Shown here: positions 49,201-63,339 of the stretch, piece by piece
Layout of the letters: each line of letters begins with the position of its first letter
Position numbering within the stretch: position 1 is the stretch's first letter
Origin: Eledone cirrhosa
Taxonomy: Eukaryota
Assembly (NCBI GenBank): GCA_964016885.1
Contig: OZ024743.1
Span: 302,932,001 to 302,996,000, forward strand
Reading direction: 5' to 3'
DNA: 64,000 bases
Notes under the pieces: generated by a model
The model's input: only the letters and a program-made list of their open reading frames with translations
What the model was told of the DNA's origin: nothing
Databases searched by the model: none
Position numbers and translations under genes: made by a program

Positions 49201-50212
49201 GAGTGATGTTGATAGAATCTACTTAAGGAGATCTGAATGTGGAAGAGGTCTTATCAACATAGAGGACTGTGTTCAGATGAAAACAAAAAAACCTACACAA
49301 ATACGTGACTGACAGTAGGGAGCCAATGCTCAGAATTGTACTAAAGGAGAGGACTATAAACCAGGGGATGTCCAAGGAGGAAATCACCACAAGGAGGAAG
49401 AGCAACCTTCATGAAAAATCCCTTCATAGTAACTTCTTGGAGAAAACTGAATTTAGAGATCCACAGACATGGAACTGGTTGAAAAGAGGAGCCCTTTAAA
49501 AGGCTAGAGAATGAATGCTAATGGCTGTGCAAGAGCAGGCCCTCAAAATGAAGTGGGTGAAACACCATATTTACAAGGAGGAGGCTAGCCCACTGTGTAG
49601 GATATGTGGAGAGAGAGAGGAGACTGTAGCTCACATTGTATTCGAGTGAAAACACCCTAGCCCAGACTCACTATAAAGGCTGGAGACATGATGTGGTGGG
49701 CAAGGTGATCCACTGGCACCTATGCACAGTAAACAATTTACCACATTCAGAGAAGTGGTATGAGCATAAGCCAGAGTCGTTGATGGAAAACGATTAGGTG
49801 AAGTTGCTATGGGACACAATAGACCTGACCTGGTGATTTTGGACAATGAAAAAAGATCGTGCCTGATTGTAGATGTAGCCAGCCCATTCCACACGAGAGT
49901 GCAAGAGAAGGAGTGGGAGAAAATTAACCGATACCATGACTTAAAGTGGGAGGTAAAAATGATTTGGAACTGCCATGAAGTCAAAGTGGTCTCGATTGTC
50001 ATAGGTGCTCTAGGTATTATCTCAAAGAGTTTCCAAGGATGGTTAAATGAAATTAGTCCAGCCCCGCTTATTGGAACATTTCAAAAGGCATGTTTGCTGG
50101 AAACAGCAAGAACCCTCCCATAAGTCCTGAATTTCTGAGGCTGCAGCTATTGGCTTGGTATTCATTTCAATAAACTTTCCAGTTAAATAACATTAATGAC
50201 TGAGACTCAAAG
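46213..50212 (+). mobile_element. Old, decayed Dong-A-related element
   Basis: Homologous to Dong-A across ORF and 3' end; many stops and frameshifts, internal deletion at ~48350; (TAA)n tail 50213-50286. Confidence 0.9.
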
Positions 50213-50215
50213 AAC

Positions 50216-50285
<70 letters not shown>

Positions 50286-51862
50286 TTACGTTGACGGGAC
50301 TATCATGGGTTTCACTGTTAGTACCGGTTGAGGCTCAGCGTACTCAATATGTAATGTTATGTAAAAATCCCAGAGTAGACACATAGTTATCCTCAATGTA
50401 CACCCGTACAATTAATGCGGCAATAGTGTGCCAGCATATAACAATGCACAATTCGCGCCCGTGACTACATCGGCAGGTTTCGCCTAATAAGAAACCAATT
50501 GATGGACAGAATTCGATTCTAGTCCGTATGGGCTATGACAGTGAATGTGAGGGTGAACACAGTAAAACATTAGCAACCGAAATGCCAATGCATCATCCCA
50601 ATGCCGTGAACAGATTGGCTACTGGTTTAGAAATATACGTGACAGTAGGAGACGGAATTCAAATAGTTCCGGTGCCACCATAAGTACTAAGGCCACGTAT
50701 CTCAAACACAAATTAACAAGTGAATAAAAAACCGGTTATTAGAGAAATTCAGTGGTCAATATATATATATAAGTATATTTATAATCTTTTAATGAGTACC
50801 TCACTTCCAAAATTGATATTTTGAAGCGCAAAGTTGGTTGCCTTCTTCATAAAAGCCTAAGCCATCAGACTGACCTAGTTATACATTCAAAATGCACCTT
50901 CAAAATACTTTTACATATCGATAGTCATTCAGAAACTAATCAAATATCCGCACTTAGTCTTTTTTCTCAATATTCCACGCATTATCTGTTTCCCTTCTTA
51001 CATAATAACACTCTTACATACATCTCTCATCAGAAAAACATCATTCATATAACGTACTACTTGCTATTCCATCTTATCTCATATTCTTCTTTTCCTTGCT
51101 CTCAATATATTTCTAGAAACTTACTATTTATTAATTCTCCAAGTTATAGACAACAGGTAAATTTGTTTGATACATGAGTTACATCCCCTACCCCACTATA
51201 TATGTTTTACTCTCTCACGCCTTTCTCCGGTATCTTTCGCCATTGAGACAGTAATTCAGCATATAACACCTGTAAAAATGGAGATTTTAAAGGTGATATT
51301 GTAAAATAAACAAAGGTTTTGAAGTGGTAATGGAATAAAAAGAAATAGATAGTTGATGAAGACATATTGATTTTTGTTTCATAGCAATAGTGGCCGACAT
51401 GTAATAGCATCACTAAGAGTGATAGTTAGGTACTAAAGAAAGAAAACGTTAGAAATTGAGGCAGTATGTATGTTTGTGTGCGTATGTATGGTTGTGTGAG
51501 TGTATGAGAGAGAGAGGGAGGGCGAGGTGGAGAAATAAAGAGAGAGAAAAAAAAGAAATATTTTTTTTCGTAGAAACAGGAGCCAAGTATTCCCTGCGTT
51601 AACGTGGCTTATACGTATGTACAAGACGTTAATTCTCTCATTGCCACAACCTAAATCCAACAAGCTTTTGATTCCAGAGTCGGGGTAGATCGATACTGAT
51701 CGAACCTTCAGCTGATCAATAGCGAAACGTGCGTCACTACTCAATAAACGTAATGACGACAAAACAAATCGCCCTTTTTATAATATATATATATATATAT
51801 ATATATTTCGTTTCTGAATTTGTTTAGCAAGATTCTTTATCTGAAAACGTGTGTTGAAACCG

Positions 51863-52017
51863 ATATTGTTATGCTTTGGGAGGGTCATGTTGCCAATAAG
51901 AAACACACGCACCAGATTATTTCACTACAATTTATAATAAATTTAATTTATAATAAATTGGAGTGAAAGCCTAGGGTGCGTGTGTTTCTTATTAGCAACA
52001 TGACCCTCCCAAAGCAT

Positions 52018-52078
<61 letters not shown>

Positions 52079-52298
52079 GATAGGGGGGAAGAAAAAATGG
52101 CTTCACTTGTGCTTTCAACAAATTTATTTTCTTCAGAAAATCCAATAATAATTTTTCTTAAAAAAAATTATTTCATAAATTAAGTTGTTGGTTGTTAAAA
52201 TAATGTTTTTTAAGAAAAATTATTTTTGGATTTGTGAAGAAAATAAATTTGTTGAAAGCACAAGTGAAGCCATTTTTTCTTCCCCCCTATCTTAATAT
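51863..52298. repeat. Two adjacent fold-back repeats (51863-51913/51975-52025; 52072-52170/52201-52298)
   Basis: Arms are near-exact reverse complements. Confidence 0.85.
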
Positions 52299-52333
52299 AC
52301 CTAACTGTACCAAGGATTACACACATTTTCCAA

Positions 52334-52436
<103 letters not shown>

Positions 52437-52777
52437 TTATATATATATAAGCAAAGAGACATTTAATTTGTTGGTTATTGAACCAATTTATTTATAACAG
52501 ATTCGAAGCACTCTACAAATACTTCTGGAGTATAATATCAATGATATTAATACATGGAAAGTTTCTTTATAAAACCATATTTATTTTATTATATATATTT
52601 CAAGGGTACCGACATTTCGGTACGCTCTGATCAGATAAAATACAAAAATTGTATCACTCTGTTTACACCAATACTGATTTGATCCATACAATTATATTTT
52701 AATAATAATAGTTTATTTTTAAATATAATATACTTGTTTTCTGATAATCATTCCTTAAATTTTCTTACAGCCTGATA

Positions 52778-52965
52778 CTGGTGGATTGTCAGTATCGTTA
52801 GAGGGCCGGACGCTATGCTGTGCAGCATGGAGTTACAGGCCTTTACGATCTGAGTTCAAATCCCACCGAGGTTAACTTTGCCTTTCATCCTTACGAGATC
52901 GATAAAATAAAGTACCACTAATGTACTGGGATAATTGCTGGCCTTGTGCCAAACGGAGAAACAAG
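52778..52965 (+). mobile_element. SINE copy
   Basis: B-box gagttcaaatcc; 3' ggccttgtgccaaacggagaaacaa. Confidence 0.85.
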
Positions 52966-53327
52966 TATTAATATTAACATATCTCTGTTCATCCTTTAAA
53001 AAAAATACAAAAAAAAAACGATCATAATAATTAAATTAATTTACCTTAGCGTCTAAATATAACGATCTTTTTCAACTGTACGTTTAGCCTCATTAAAATA
53101 TTTCATCCTAAGATTTGAAATTTCTTTAATTATCCAAATTGACCTTAAAACGATAGGTTCTTGTGTTTGGATATGTCAATATTTATAAAACAATTTGTTT
53201 CTGTTTTATGGGATGAGAGGCTACTAAAATATTAGTACCCTTCAACTATATATAATAGAATAAATATGGTTTTATAAAGGAAGTTTCCATGTACTAATAT
53301 CATTGATATATATATATACTTCATTCG

Positions 53328-53369
<42 letters not shown>

Positions 53370-53556
53370 CAAATGAAGTGTGGTAAGGAACGACCTGGAC
53401 CATAACGCACCAGAGTACTCAATACTTAGGGTATCAACCACGTTAACGTGGGGCATACTTGGCTCCTGTTTCTCCGAAAGTAATCTTTCTCTTTCTTTTC
53501 TATCTTTCACTCTCTCTTTATTTCTCCCTCACGCTCTCCCTCACTCCCTTTCTCTA

Positions 53557-53632
<76 letters not shown>

Positions 53633-54013
53633 CATACACACACACTCGTCCAGAAATAGCCGTCGAAACGGCTCGATCTCTGCCCTCGGGACTAAACATT
53701 TTCCTATTATATATATATATATATTAAACCTATATCGGGCAATAGACTTCAATATAAAACCTATATCGGGCAATAGGCTTCGATACCCGGACAGACCAAG
53801 AATTATTAAGTGAAAGCCACCATTCCTGTGCTCATCTGCGGATATCCATGAAAATGTGTACCTTTCACTTCCAAGGATCTAAGAAGACTGAGAGATATGC
53901 TGATATAAACGCATATGTCGCAGCGCCTAGCGCTTCTCATACTCATGCCGCTAACAATAGCACCTGGGTTTATGAGACTAAGGTTAGCTCTACATACGGA
54001 GCCGAGAATATAA

Positions 54014-54480
54014 TAGATTGAGTTATAAACTCAAAATCGTCTTTTACGAAAACTCAAAGAAGGGAATCTTTCCGAGCCGTATAATATAATTGGATATATG
54101 AGAGGGATTAACACAGATGTATGTATACATGTGTTCCAATTGCAAATGACCAAGTTAGCTAGGTTTAAAAATTCTAATTTAAAACAAAGTAATAAATCAA
54201 TAAAAATAACAAATCAGTAAAAATAACGAAGGCTATTGCCCGATATAGGGTTGTTAATTTTATTGATTTATTACTTTAAATCGAGTCAGACAAATCATAT
54301 TTTTTTTAAATTAGAATTATTTTCAACCTAGCTAACTTGGTCATTTGCAATTGGAACACATGTATACTTATATCTGTGTTAGTCCCTCTCATATATCCAA
54401 TTATAGTACACGGCTCGGAAAGATCCCTGCTTTGAGTTATTTAATTGTAACATACTATCTTTAGTTTATAACTCAATCTA
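54014..54480. repeat. Fold-back repeat, ~200-bp arms (54014-54210/54253-54480)
   Basis: Reverse-complement match, e.g. ccaattgcaaatgaccaagttagctagg / cctagctaacttggtcatttgcaattgg. Confidence 0.85.
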
Positions 54481-54543
<63 letters not shown>

Positions 54544-56334
54544 AGAAAAAAGGGGATCAGTGCTGCGACGAAAGGAATTTATTGGACATATTACAATTGC
54601 TTCTCGGGTGACCAGCTCGAGGCACGATCGATATGGTGATCAAACCTTACTCTGAAATCACTCGGTCGTCACGTCTCGATTCTACGAAGCAGATTTTCCT
54701 ATAGTCCTTTAACATCGAATTACTTCGTTTGTTGATTTAGATCCTGTTGTTGTCATTCCATGAGTGGTCAAGAATTGTACACGTCACCGGTATTTCTAGC
54801 CACTCATGGTTGCCCACTTCTTGCTTCTTCTCGTTCGGTCAATAAAACATTCTTCATGTATCAGAATTACTCCTGCGGTTTTTTAAGAAACGTGTTTAAA
54901 AGAAAGCTTTCAACAGCCATTCAAACGGAAGGGCTATATCAAAGGTGTTTTCAACAAATAGACCCAGTTCTACACTCCGACACTGGACACATGGGAGCGT
55001 GCATTGCCAAGACGCCGCACATATATAGTTAGATGAAAAAAGAGAACTCCATGGAAAGTCATCTGAACCCCCAAGCATACATGCTCAAACAAATACATCG
55101 ACCTATGCATGCGCACACCCGTCCTCATGCATGTCTGTGTGGGCGCACATACATACATGCACCCGCGTGCTCCCACACCGGATTCATATACTTGAGGAGT
55201 GCCCCCCCCCCCATCGGTCTACCCACACGCTGCGTCGCAGATATAGCACTCAGTATTGTATGAGACAACGCATTTGAGGGCTTGACCCAACCTGATCACT
55301 TGGTGGTGTGAGTCCGAGGGTGCCTGCACAATATGCCTAAATGTTAAGGTAGCACAATATGCCTGCAATAATTTCATATAGCGTGAGTGGCACATATATA
55401 AAAAACCTGTATGTACATGAAATAAAATAATGAAATAATATACAATAATAAAATAAAATAAGATAAAATACAATAAAATAAAGTGCTGGAAAAAGAGAAT
55501 GCATACATGACATGGATGCAGAGGGGGACCGGGCATTATTGAGGTCTGACTAAAGTTTCATACAATATATGTGGGCTGTAGTGCAAATGTTTATATGATA
55601 TACATGGGGGCTAGTGAGCTAAGGCACTTGGTGGGAGCCTGTGCATGATGCAGGTCTCGTTGCTTGTGGATAGATGTGGGCCGTGTGTGCGTGCACAAAC
55701 ATGTTATATATATTGTGGTTATGCGTAACTTCCATTTTATAAAAGTATATATGAGATGTGAATGGGTTTGATGTATACATGGAATATAAAGGGTATATGC
55801 TTCATAGCAATATATATGGAATGCACGTGGAGTTTATGTATGATGAAATGTGCCAGCGGCATGCCTTGTGTGTATATCAGCGGCATGGAACGACAAAATT
55901 AAAACTTGAAAGCAAAATCAAAATTAAAATTAAAATTAACATCAACATTACAATTAGCTGCGACTTTAGCCTTAAGACCAGCATCATGTCCATCATCCAA
56001 GTAGCGGATTAAACACCGCGAATCGAATATCGGAAATCAACAATTTAAAAATTTAAAAGTTTGAAAATTCAGAAATTTGAAAATGTATAACCACACATAT
56101 GTTTGTAGACCCAATCCTACTTGTAATAAGTCGGCGTCCGCAAATTGGTGTGGTGGTGCTATTAGGGTCTTCTACGAGGTGGGCAATGATGGAACTGGCA
56201 TTGCTATCAGCTTGTGCTGCCATGCATTCATATTTATGCAATATTTTATTGTGGTCCGCTGCATTCGCTCCACCTGGTGTTGGGGTGCCGTTGGTGCGCT
56301 ATGTAGATCTATCCGGTATCACTAGGACGGAGAG

Positions 56335-57185
56335 TGTGCATTTACGTTGATGTCTGCATGCCATGATTATTTTAGACATGAGGTTGACTGCCTCGCCCTT
56401 AAGTTTTATTATCTCCATAATGACTTGGACATACATAACTTGCAGTTCCTGTCTCCGGCCCAGTACGCATTCGCATGTGTACAATACCCCAGCTGAGGTC
56501 ATATTCTATGCCAGTGTCTTTGAGTCTCCATACTAAGTCCGCCAATCTGGTGGAGAGTTTCCTGTTCCTGTCCTTCAACGAGCTCTTGTGGTTGTACATC
56601 CTCGACTTAAATCTCGTGGATGTAGCTAGGATGTATGTGTGCCTATCGTTCTGCGTGGTAACCACACATCTGTAGACAACGCCCTTAGCCAGGCGCATTC
56701 CCTGCAGGGAGAACTCCTCACGGACACGGCAGTTACATGTCCGTGCATCATTCTTGCAACCCCCGTTACGTGGTCATGGCGTGTTAGTTGTGTTCTCACC
56801 GGTCCTCTAGTGGTGTTCTGGCGGAGTGGTGGACTCAATGTTCACCACCAGTGGGTCTCTGCTGGCAGGTCTGGGGCCCTCCGCAGCCACGGCTCTGTGG
56901 CCAAGCACGTCCACAGAACCATGTGCCCTCCCCACAACCTCCTCCGCGGGTCTGATGCCTGATCGTTGAGCCCGTGACGTGTCTTCAATTTCAACGCGTG
57001 GTCCTGGCCATGTAGTCCGCTATGTTGGGTGACGTTGAAAATGGAACTTGACGGTGTGCCGATTGAAAATGTTGTGATACCTGTGTGAACCTGGGAAACA
57101 CTCGTCCAATGCCCTGAAGAAGAGACCTGGAAGGTTAGTGCATACATGCTTCGAGTAAGGTACATTAAGCCATGTTACGTTTCTA
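56335..57185 (-). mobile_element. Decayed PLE GIY-YIG region
   Basis: CNCRVREE..C; VVYRCVV..TYI..TSTRFKSRMYNHKSS..LADLVWRLKD..LSWGIV. Confidence 0.75.
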
Positions 57186-58189
57186 GATTTATTTCTATTT
57201 CGTCGTCTGCTACTAGTGTTGCTTGCATTGTCAAGCCCCTCTCTTGAGTTACGCCCTACACCTAATCCCCCCCCCCCATTCTATTCCTATGCATAGAACT
57301 GTTACTTAAGTCGTGGAATGGCCTTCGATCGCTAATTTGTTCTGGGTACGGTTGCTAACCCTATTTTCCGTCTCTGTCCTTACCCGAGTATCCTGGTGTA
57401 TCATTGCTGGTAGTCTTAGTCTTGGTATTACCCCTAGAGCTCCGGGCTGTGTAATCTACTTCACTCTCTATGGTTTGCCCGTCCTGGTCCGTGGAGTTAG
57501 TACAGTTCAGTCCGTATGTGTCGTGGTCCCTAGGGTTACCAAGCTCCTTCCACTATCTATGCGCTGTGCGACCATCACTATCGTGTTTCATACTCTTATC
57601 TATACTGTTGGGTGTTTGCTTACGGGTAGGTTGTCTGCATAAGTTATTACTAGCGGTATCCGGGTGTTTGTTTGTGTTCCTCGCTATGCGGCCTGCCCTT
57701 GTCCGTGGTATACAATTATGGATTATGTGTACCCTGCCCCTTCACTATAGCGTCAATAACCGACTTGGTGTGGTTTGAGTGCCTGTTTACATACTGAAAA
57801 ATATATTTACAAATATATATATATATATAACGAAGGAGTTGTGGTAAGGAACCACATGGACCATAACGCACCAGAGTACTCAATACTTAGGGTAGTAGAG
57901 TGGGTAATAGGAAAAAGTATGACCCCGACGACAGAGCTCAAGCCGTTTCGATAGCTATTTCTGGACTACATTAGAATGAGTAGCCTGGTGAATAAATAGC
58001 CGAATTTGCCAAGGAGTACTTCCTTATATGGGAAGATTATTGTTGTCAAGATTGTTCAAAATTTGTTTTAAACACAAATAAGTCTATCATGGCATTAGGT
58101 GGGAGGTAGGGGTTGCTGAATTCGCCTGTGGAACAATGAGGTCGTGAGTGGAGCCGGCCAAGCGTTGAAAGTGATATGTAGTGACAAAA

Positions 58190-60780
58190 TTCATCCAGTT
58201 TGACATAGAGAGTTACTATGCGTCTATTACCTTACCGCTCCTTACGGCCGCCTTGGACTTTGCCGAAAGTCTCACACCCATCATTGACCAGTATGGGCGC
58301 GACGGATTCGGCCGAGTTAACAGATCTTATAGGATTATTCCTACTATTTAAATTCACCGAAATGTTTCCTGCATTTAGCGGTGGATTGTACCGAGATGAT
58401 GGGCTCCTCATCCTCAAAGGATACAACCACACTAGTACAGACCGGTTCCGTAAACAACTAATCAATTTCTTCCGGGACTGGGGATTTAGAATCACCCTAC
58501 AAACGTCCCTAAACCGAGTCAATTTCCTGGACGTTACCCTTAACCTCGAAAATTATCTGTACGACCCATACAGGAAACCAAACGGCAACCTGCACTACAT
58601 CCAGCGCCGCTCTAACCATCCTAGAAACATCACCAATAACCTGATTAAAAACATCTCCTTCCGCTTATCTCGTTTGTCAACTAATGAGCTGATATTCGAC
58701 GAACATGCGCCACATTAGAACCAGGCCCTCAAGCGGAGTGGCTTCCGGGAGGAAATATCATTTTATCCAGCATCCCTTAGCGGAACCAGCAGGCGACACC
58801 GCCGCTCACGCAACGTAACGTGGTTCAATTCTCCCTACAATGCCGATGTGGCAACACCTATCGGTAAAATCTTCTTTAGGCTCCTCGAAAAACACTTCCC
58901 ACTACAACACCGCTACCACAACATAATCAACAAAAAGACCATCAAACTCTCCTACAGCACCGCACCTAACTTCGTACAATACACCGTCTCCTCAAACAAC
59001 AAAAAACTCAACCCCTATGGAAAAAACAACCTAGACATCAGTGGAGAGCCGACCAGGAAATGTAACTGCCCTGATAGATCTACGTGCCCCCTCAACAACA
59101 GATGCCGAGAACGTAACGTGATCTACCAGTGCAACGTCAGGACGGACACCCCAACAAAGCTTATATAGGATTACCCGCTTGTGACTTCAAGAACCAGCTC
59201 TACCAACACCGACATACTTTCCGAAATCCGGTGCGGCGACATGACACTACACTTTCGGGCCACATCTGGGACCTCCAAGATAATAATATAATCTACAATC
59301 TCACTTGGAGCTTACTATTCGGAGCTAACTCTTACATGGGAGGACGCGGTCCGTGTAACTTATGCTCGGAGGAAACATTACAAATGCTGTTGTCGAAAGA
59401 CCAACTTTAAAAAAAAAAAGACGAACTGGTAAACGCATGCCAACACAGATTGCATAGGACTTACCACGCCCTCACACCCCATAACGACCCGTGTGGATAG
59501 ACAATGGCCGATACCCCCCCCCCCCACGTGCCGAATAAGTTAGGGGAAACCCAGCTTACATAGGTAGACGTACCGCTTTTCTTTTCCTCTATGTTTTCTT
59601 CTTCCCCCTGTCTCATCCTATCCCCTCCTTCCACCCCGATCTTCTTCCTCGTCTGTGTTTACCCTTTCGCCTACCCCGATGCAGCCCATAGTGCCTCTGT
59701 AGCCTCAGAACCCCCACCCCTGTAATTTTAAGATAGAATTGACCGAATACGCTTTACTAACTATTTATAGGAGATGTGTGAGACCCCTGCAATTTTGTAT
59801 CATTTTTCTTACTACTCCTTTACTACAATTACTAAATGTTTTCTATTCTCAACTTATTAACATGTAATTGTAAGATAGCATTGGTGGAATACGTTTTACT
59901 AACTATTTTTAGCAGCTGTATTAGATCCCTGAATAGTTTGCTTTATAAATGTTTCACTACCCACTTCTACAATTTCTTATTTAGTATTTTCCATTATCAA
60001 CTTATTAACCCTTTCTATAGCTTTGGCCATACAAGCTAGACCTACTAGTCATAGCAGCTGTTTCTAGACCCTACTGTTTTTTTTATTCATTTCTCACTAT
60101 TCGTATGCGTGCGGGTACAGGCGTGGCGTGGGTACTGTATGTGCGTGCGGGTTTTTTGTTTGTTTACGGGCGTGTATTTGTATACCTATGGCGAGTGTTT
60201 TCGCGTATGCTTGTGCATGTACGTTTATAGATGCGTGTATGTATTTATTTAATTTCAGTTAGCTCTGTATTTTATTTACTTTATTATTAAATCTGGTTTC
60301 CTAATCAGAATTCTAGTCTACGACTTCAGTTATACCATTTACGTGGTTTGGTCTTTGCGCGCAATTGTTCTCCCCGGTCCACATATGACGTATTTTCTTC
60401 GTTTTTTTCCGTTCATTGCCAGAAAACGTCTCTATGAACCAAGTAATAGAATATTATTCTACGACATCTTTTATATCATAAACGTGGTTTTTTCTTGGCG
60501 TGTAATTGTTTTTCACCGCTCCAAATAATGACGTATTATATTCGTTTTTTCCCGTTCTTTGCCAGGGAACGTTTCTACGAACCAAAGTATCATCTTCCTG
60601 TCTTCCTCCGGTTGCAACGTTTTTTTGAAATATTCACTTCTGCGTTCACAGATTGACTTTGTTAGTTTCAGAAGATGCCGTTAAGGGTGAAAGCAGCGAT
60701 TCTTTGCTTAAACTTTAATGCTCTACGGTTGTTATATATTTGATATATATTTATCCTTTGGATTTTCGTCTTCAAATTTA
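58190..60780 (+). mobile_element. Decayed Naiad-like PLE (RT + zinc finger + GIY-YIG + long 3' repeat)
   Basis: FIQFDIESYYASI, MGATDSAEL, GLYRDDGL, VNFLDVTLNL, WFNSPY, CNC..CPL..C, VIYQC, AYIG, CNLC; stops and frameshifts. Confidence 0.85.
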
Positions 60781-60960
60781 TTATTATTACTATAAATATA
60801 TATATACGAAATGTCAGCGTCAAACAACGTTGCAAATCTATACAGTACAATGAAGATATATAGTTAAGATAGAGTCTTAATGTTTCGCATGTCAGTCGGT
60901 TATCTCAAACACTTATATATAGAATGCGTTGTATATAGTGAAGTTCATAATGTAACGATT

Positions 60961-61868
60961 GGTACTTTCGTTCAGATTCCTTGGAGATTAGCAACACTAT
61001 ACATTTTAGAAATCTTCAGGACATACTGAATCCAAAAATCAATGTTGCCATTTTTTCAAGGTGTCTGTGGTGGCCATCTTGGAATTTCAAAATGGTGACT
61101 ACCGATAACCCTTTTCAACAGTATCTCAATTTCTAATCAAATGGGCTTCTAATTTTAGTGGCTAATTTAAGATAATAACAATAATAATAATGATAAAAAA
61201 AATAATAATAATCAAATGCCATGTCAAAATAATAATAATCAAATGCCACTTCATTAGTGTTTATCATTTTTCAGACCAATGAACAACGTGGCCACAGCAA
61301 CGTTACCACGACTTGGTAGACAGCAACAAGAGATAATTGACTGTAACGGTTTGGTTTGTGCCTACAAGATGCAGGCCAATTTGTGTTACAACCAAAATTA
61401 TATTTGTACGTGAAGACAAATGTATTTGTATTTGTTTTATGTATTAAAATAAAGTGTACGTGAAGACAAATTTATTTTTGTTATGTTTGACTCGTGCTTC
61501 GATATCCTGATTATGAGTGGATCTAGAGAAGAAATATCATATTTGCATGTGGTGTTTGCAGTTTTGTCATTAAAATTGGTATTTTTATTTAAAAAATCTT
61601 CCTTCATGTTAAACGTAAGTGATTGTAGTCAATTTCTGTAGACTTCTGGCCCCCTAAAAGTTTAGCCACTGAAAGTAAAAGGCTACATGGCTTGGAAGTG
61701 GATATATTGGTAAATTTAGATTTCAAACGGTCGCCATTTTGAAGCCATAAGACGGCCATGTTAGGAACCCTAAAATAATGGCAACATTGATTCATGTGTT
61801 CAATACATCCTAACGTTTCCAAAAATGTATGGTTTAGTAAATCTCCAAAAAATGTGAACGAAAATACA
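60961..61868. mobile_element. Probable non-autonomous DNA transposon with ~210-bp imperfect inverted repeats
   Basis: 60961-61170 matches the reverse complement of 61655-61868 (aatcaatgttgccatt..ggccatcttg..ttcaaaatgg). Confidence 0.5.
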
Positions 61869-62794
61869 CAAGGAACTGGACTAATAGTGTAAAGTAACAA
61901 TTAAATTAAATTTTGAAAATATAGTATTTGAATATTTCAATAAAATCTTGATTGTGTAATTGAACATATAAGTGAACCATGTAAAATAAGTTTTTATTGG
62001 CTACAGTCATTAGACAGCAACCATATTGAAGTGCTACATTGATGTTAAATTTAGTAGATATCATTTTTACTAAGCTGCTATACTGTGGTTATAAACACAG
62101 GAACGAAAAAAAAACAAAACTCACACATGAATACCTATAGCCAGGATTTAGATCTCTAGCAGATCGAATGTTGCTTATGTGTGGAAGCGTTCCTTGTACC
62201 GATTTTCGTTGTGGATGTGTATGCGTGTGCACCTTTATTATAAGGATGTGCAATTAATGTGTACGTAATACTGGATTCTCAATTGATTATTATAAAATAA
62301 AAAGCGAGTGTTAGTTAGAATAGGTGGCTATTAAGAATTTTGAAAATAGAATCAGAAGCTAGCTCCTTATATTGACCAATTGGTATTTACATACGTATGA
62401 ATCGAAGCCACACATCTTATTTCCGCGAGAAGTGTGGTAGACCGATTATACCAACATACCCATCCAATGTTTCCCCGTTGATTTTAAAATCTATAAAGAG
62501 AACATCGGTAATTATGTAAGCACGTGTGAATTAGGATAGGGTGACGATTGAAACGATAGAAAATCGAATTAAAATCTCTTACGACATGTTGGCACCAGAA
62601 AATAGTCTGTTATTCTGGCATATGAAGTGAAGATAACGCAGAAAAATGGGAATGTGCATGAGTTACGTGGGGTCCATATGACCTAACAGTACACAATTAC
62701 AAAAATTACATTTTACATATATACATATAACTGTACTCCTAGTTGTTATTTACTTTTCCAATATATATGTATATAAATAATTAAATAAAATTAA

Positions 62795-62869
<75 letters not shown>

Positions 62870-62871
<2 letters not shown>

Positions 62872-63308
62872 GGAAACATTTGAACAGGGACAAAACAGAG
62901 AGGCAGTACAACGAATGTTTATTAATTTCACGCTCTGGAGAGTGGGGTGTTGGTGGGGGACGACGTTTCGGGCATAAGCCCTTCCTCAGGTGAGAAGTGT
63001 GTGGGAACAGTGTTCAAAGGGTGTGTAGGGGAGTGGTGGAGAGACATATAGCGAAAGGAAACGGTACGAATGAAAAAATAAAAAAATAAAGATAAAAATA
63101 AAAATAAAAATAAAAATAAAGCATGATCAAAATACAAGGAATGAGATAAATTTAAATATAAAGGCATGATCAAAATAAACTGGAATTAAAAGGGGGGTAA
63201 AACAGGTGGTGGAAGGGGGTGTGGTGTGTAAGGGTGGTGGCGGGTGGAGTGGGGAGAGGGAGACGGGGTGTCCGAGCTGGGAGGGCTGAAGGCGGTGTGT
63301 GTGTGTAG

Positions 63309-63339
<31 letters not shown>

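Noticed and set aside
59060-59105. Selenocysteine in PLE zinc fingers, as reported for some Naiads
   Set aside because: Cys positions here and at 35.1, 36.2 and 56.7 kb show no TGA codon
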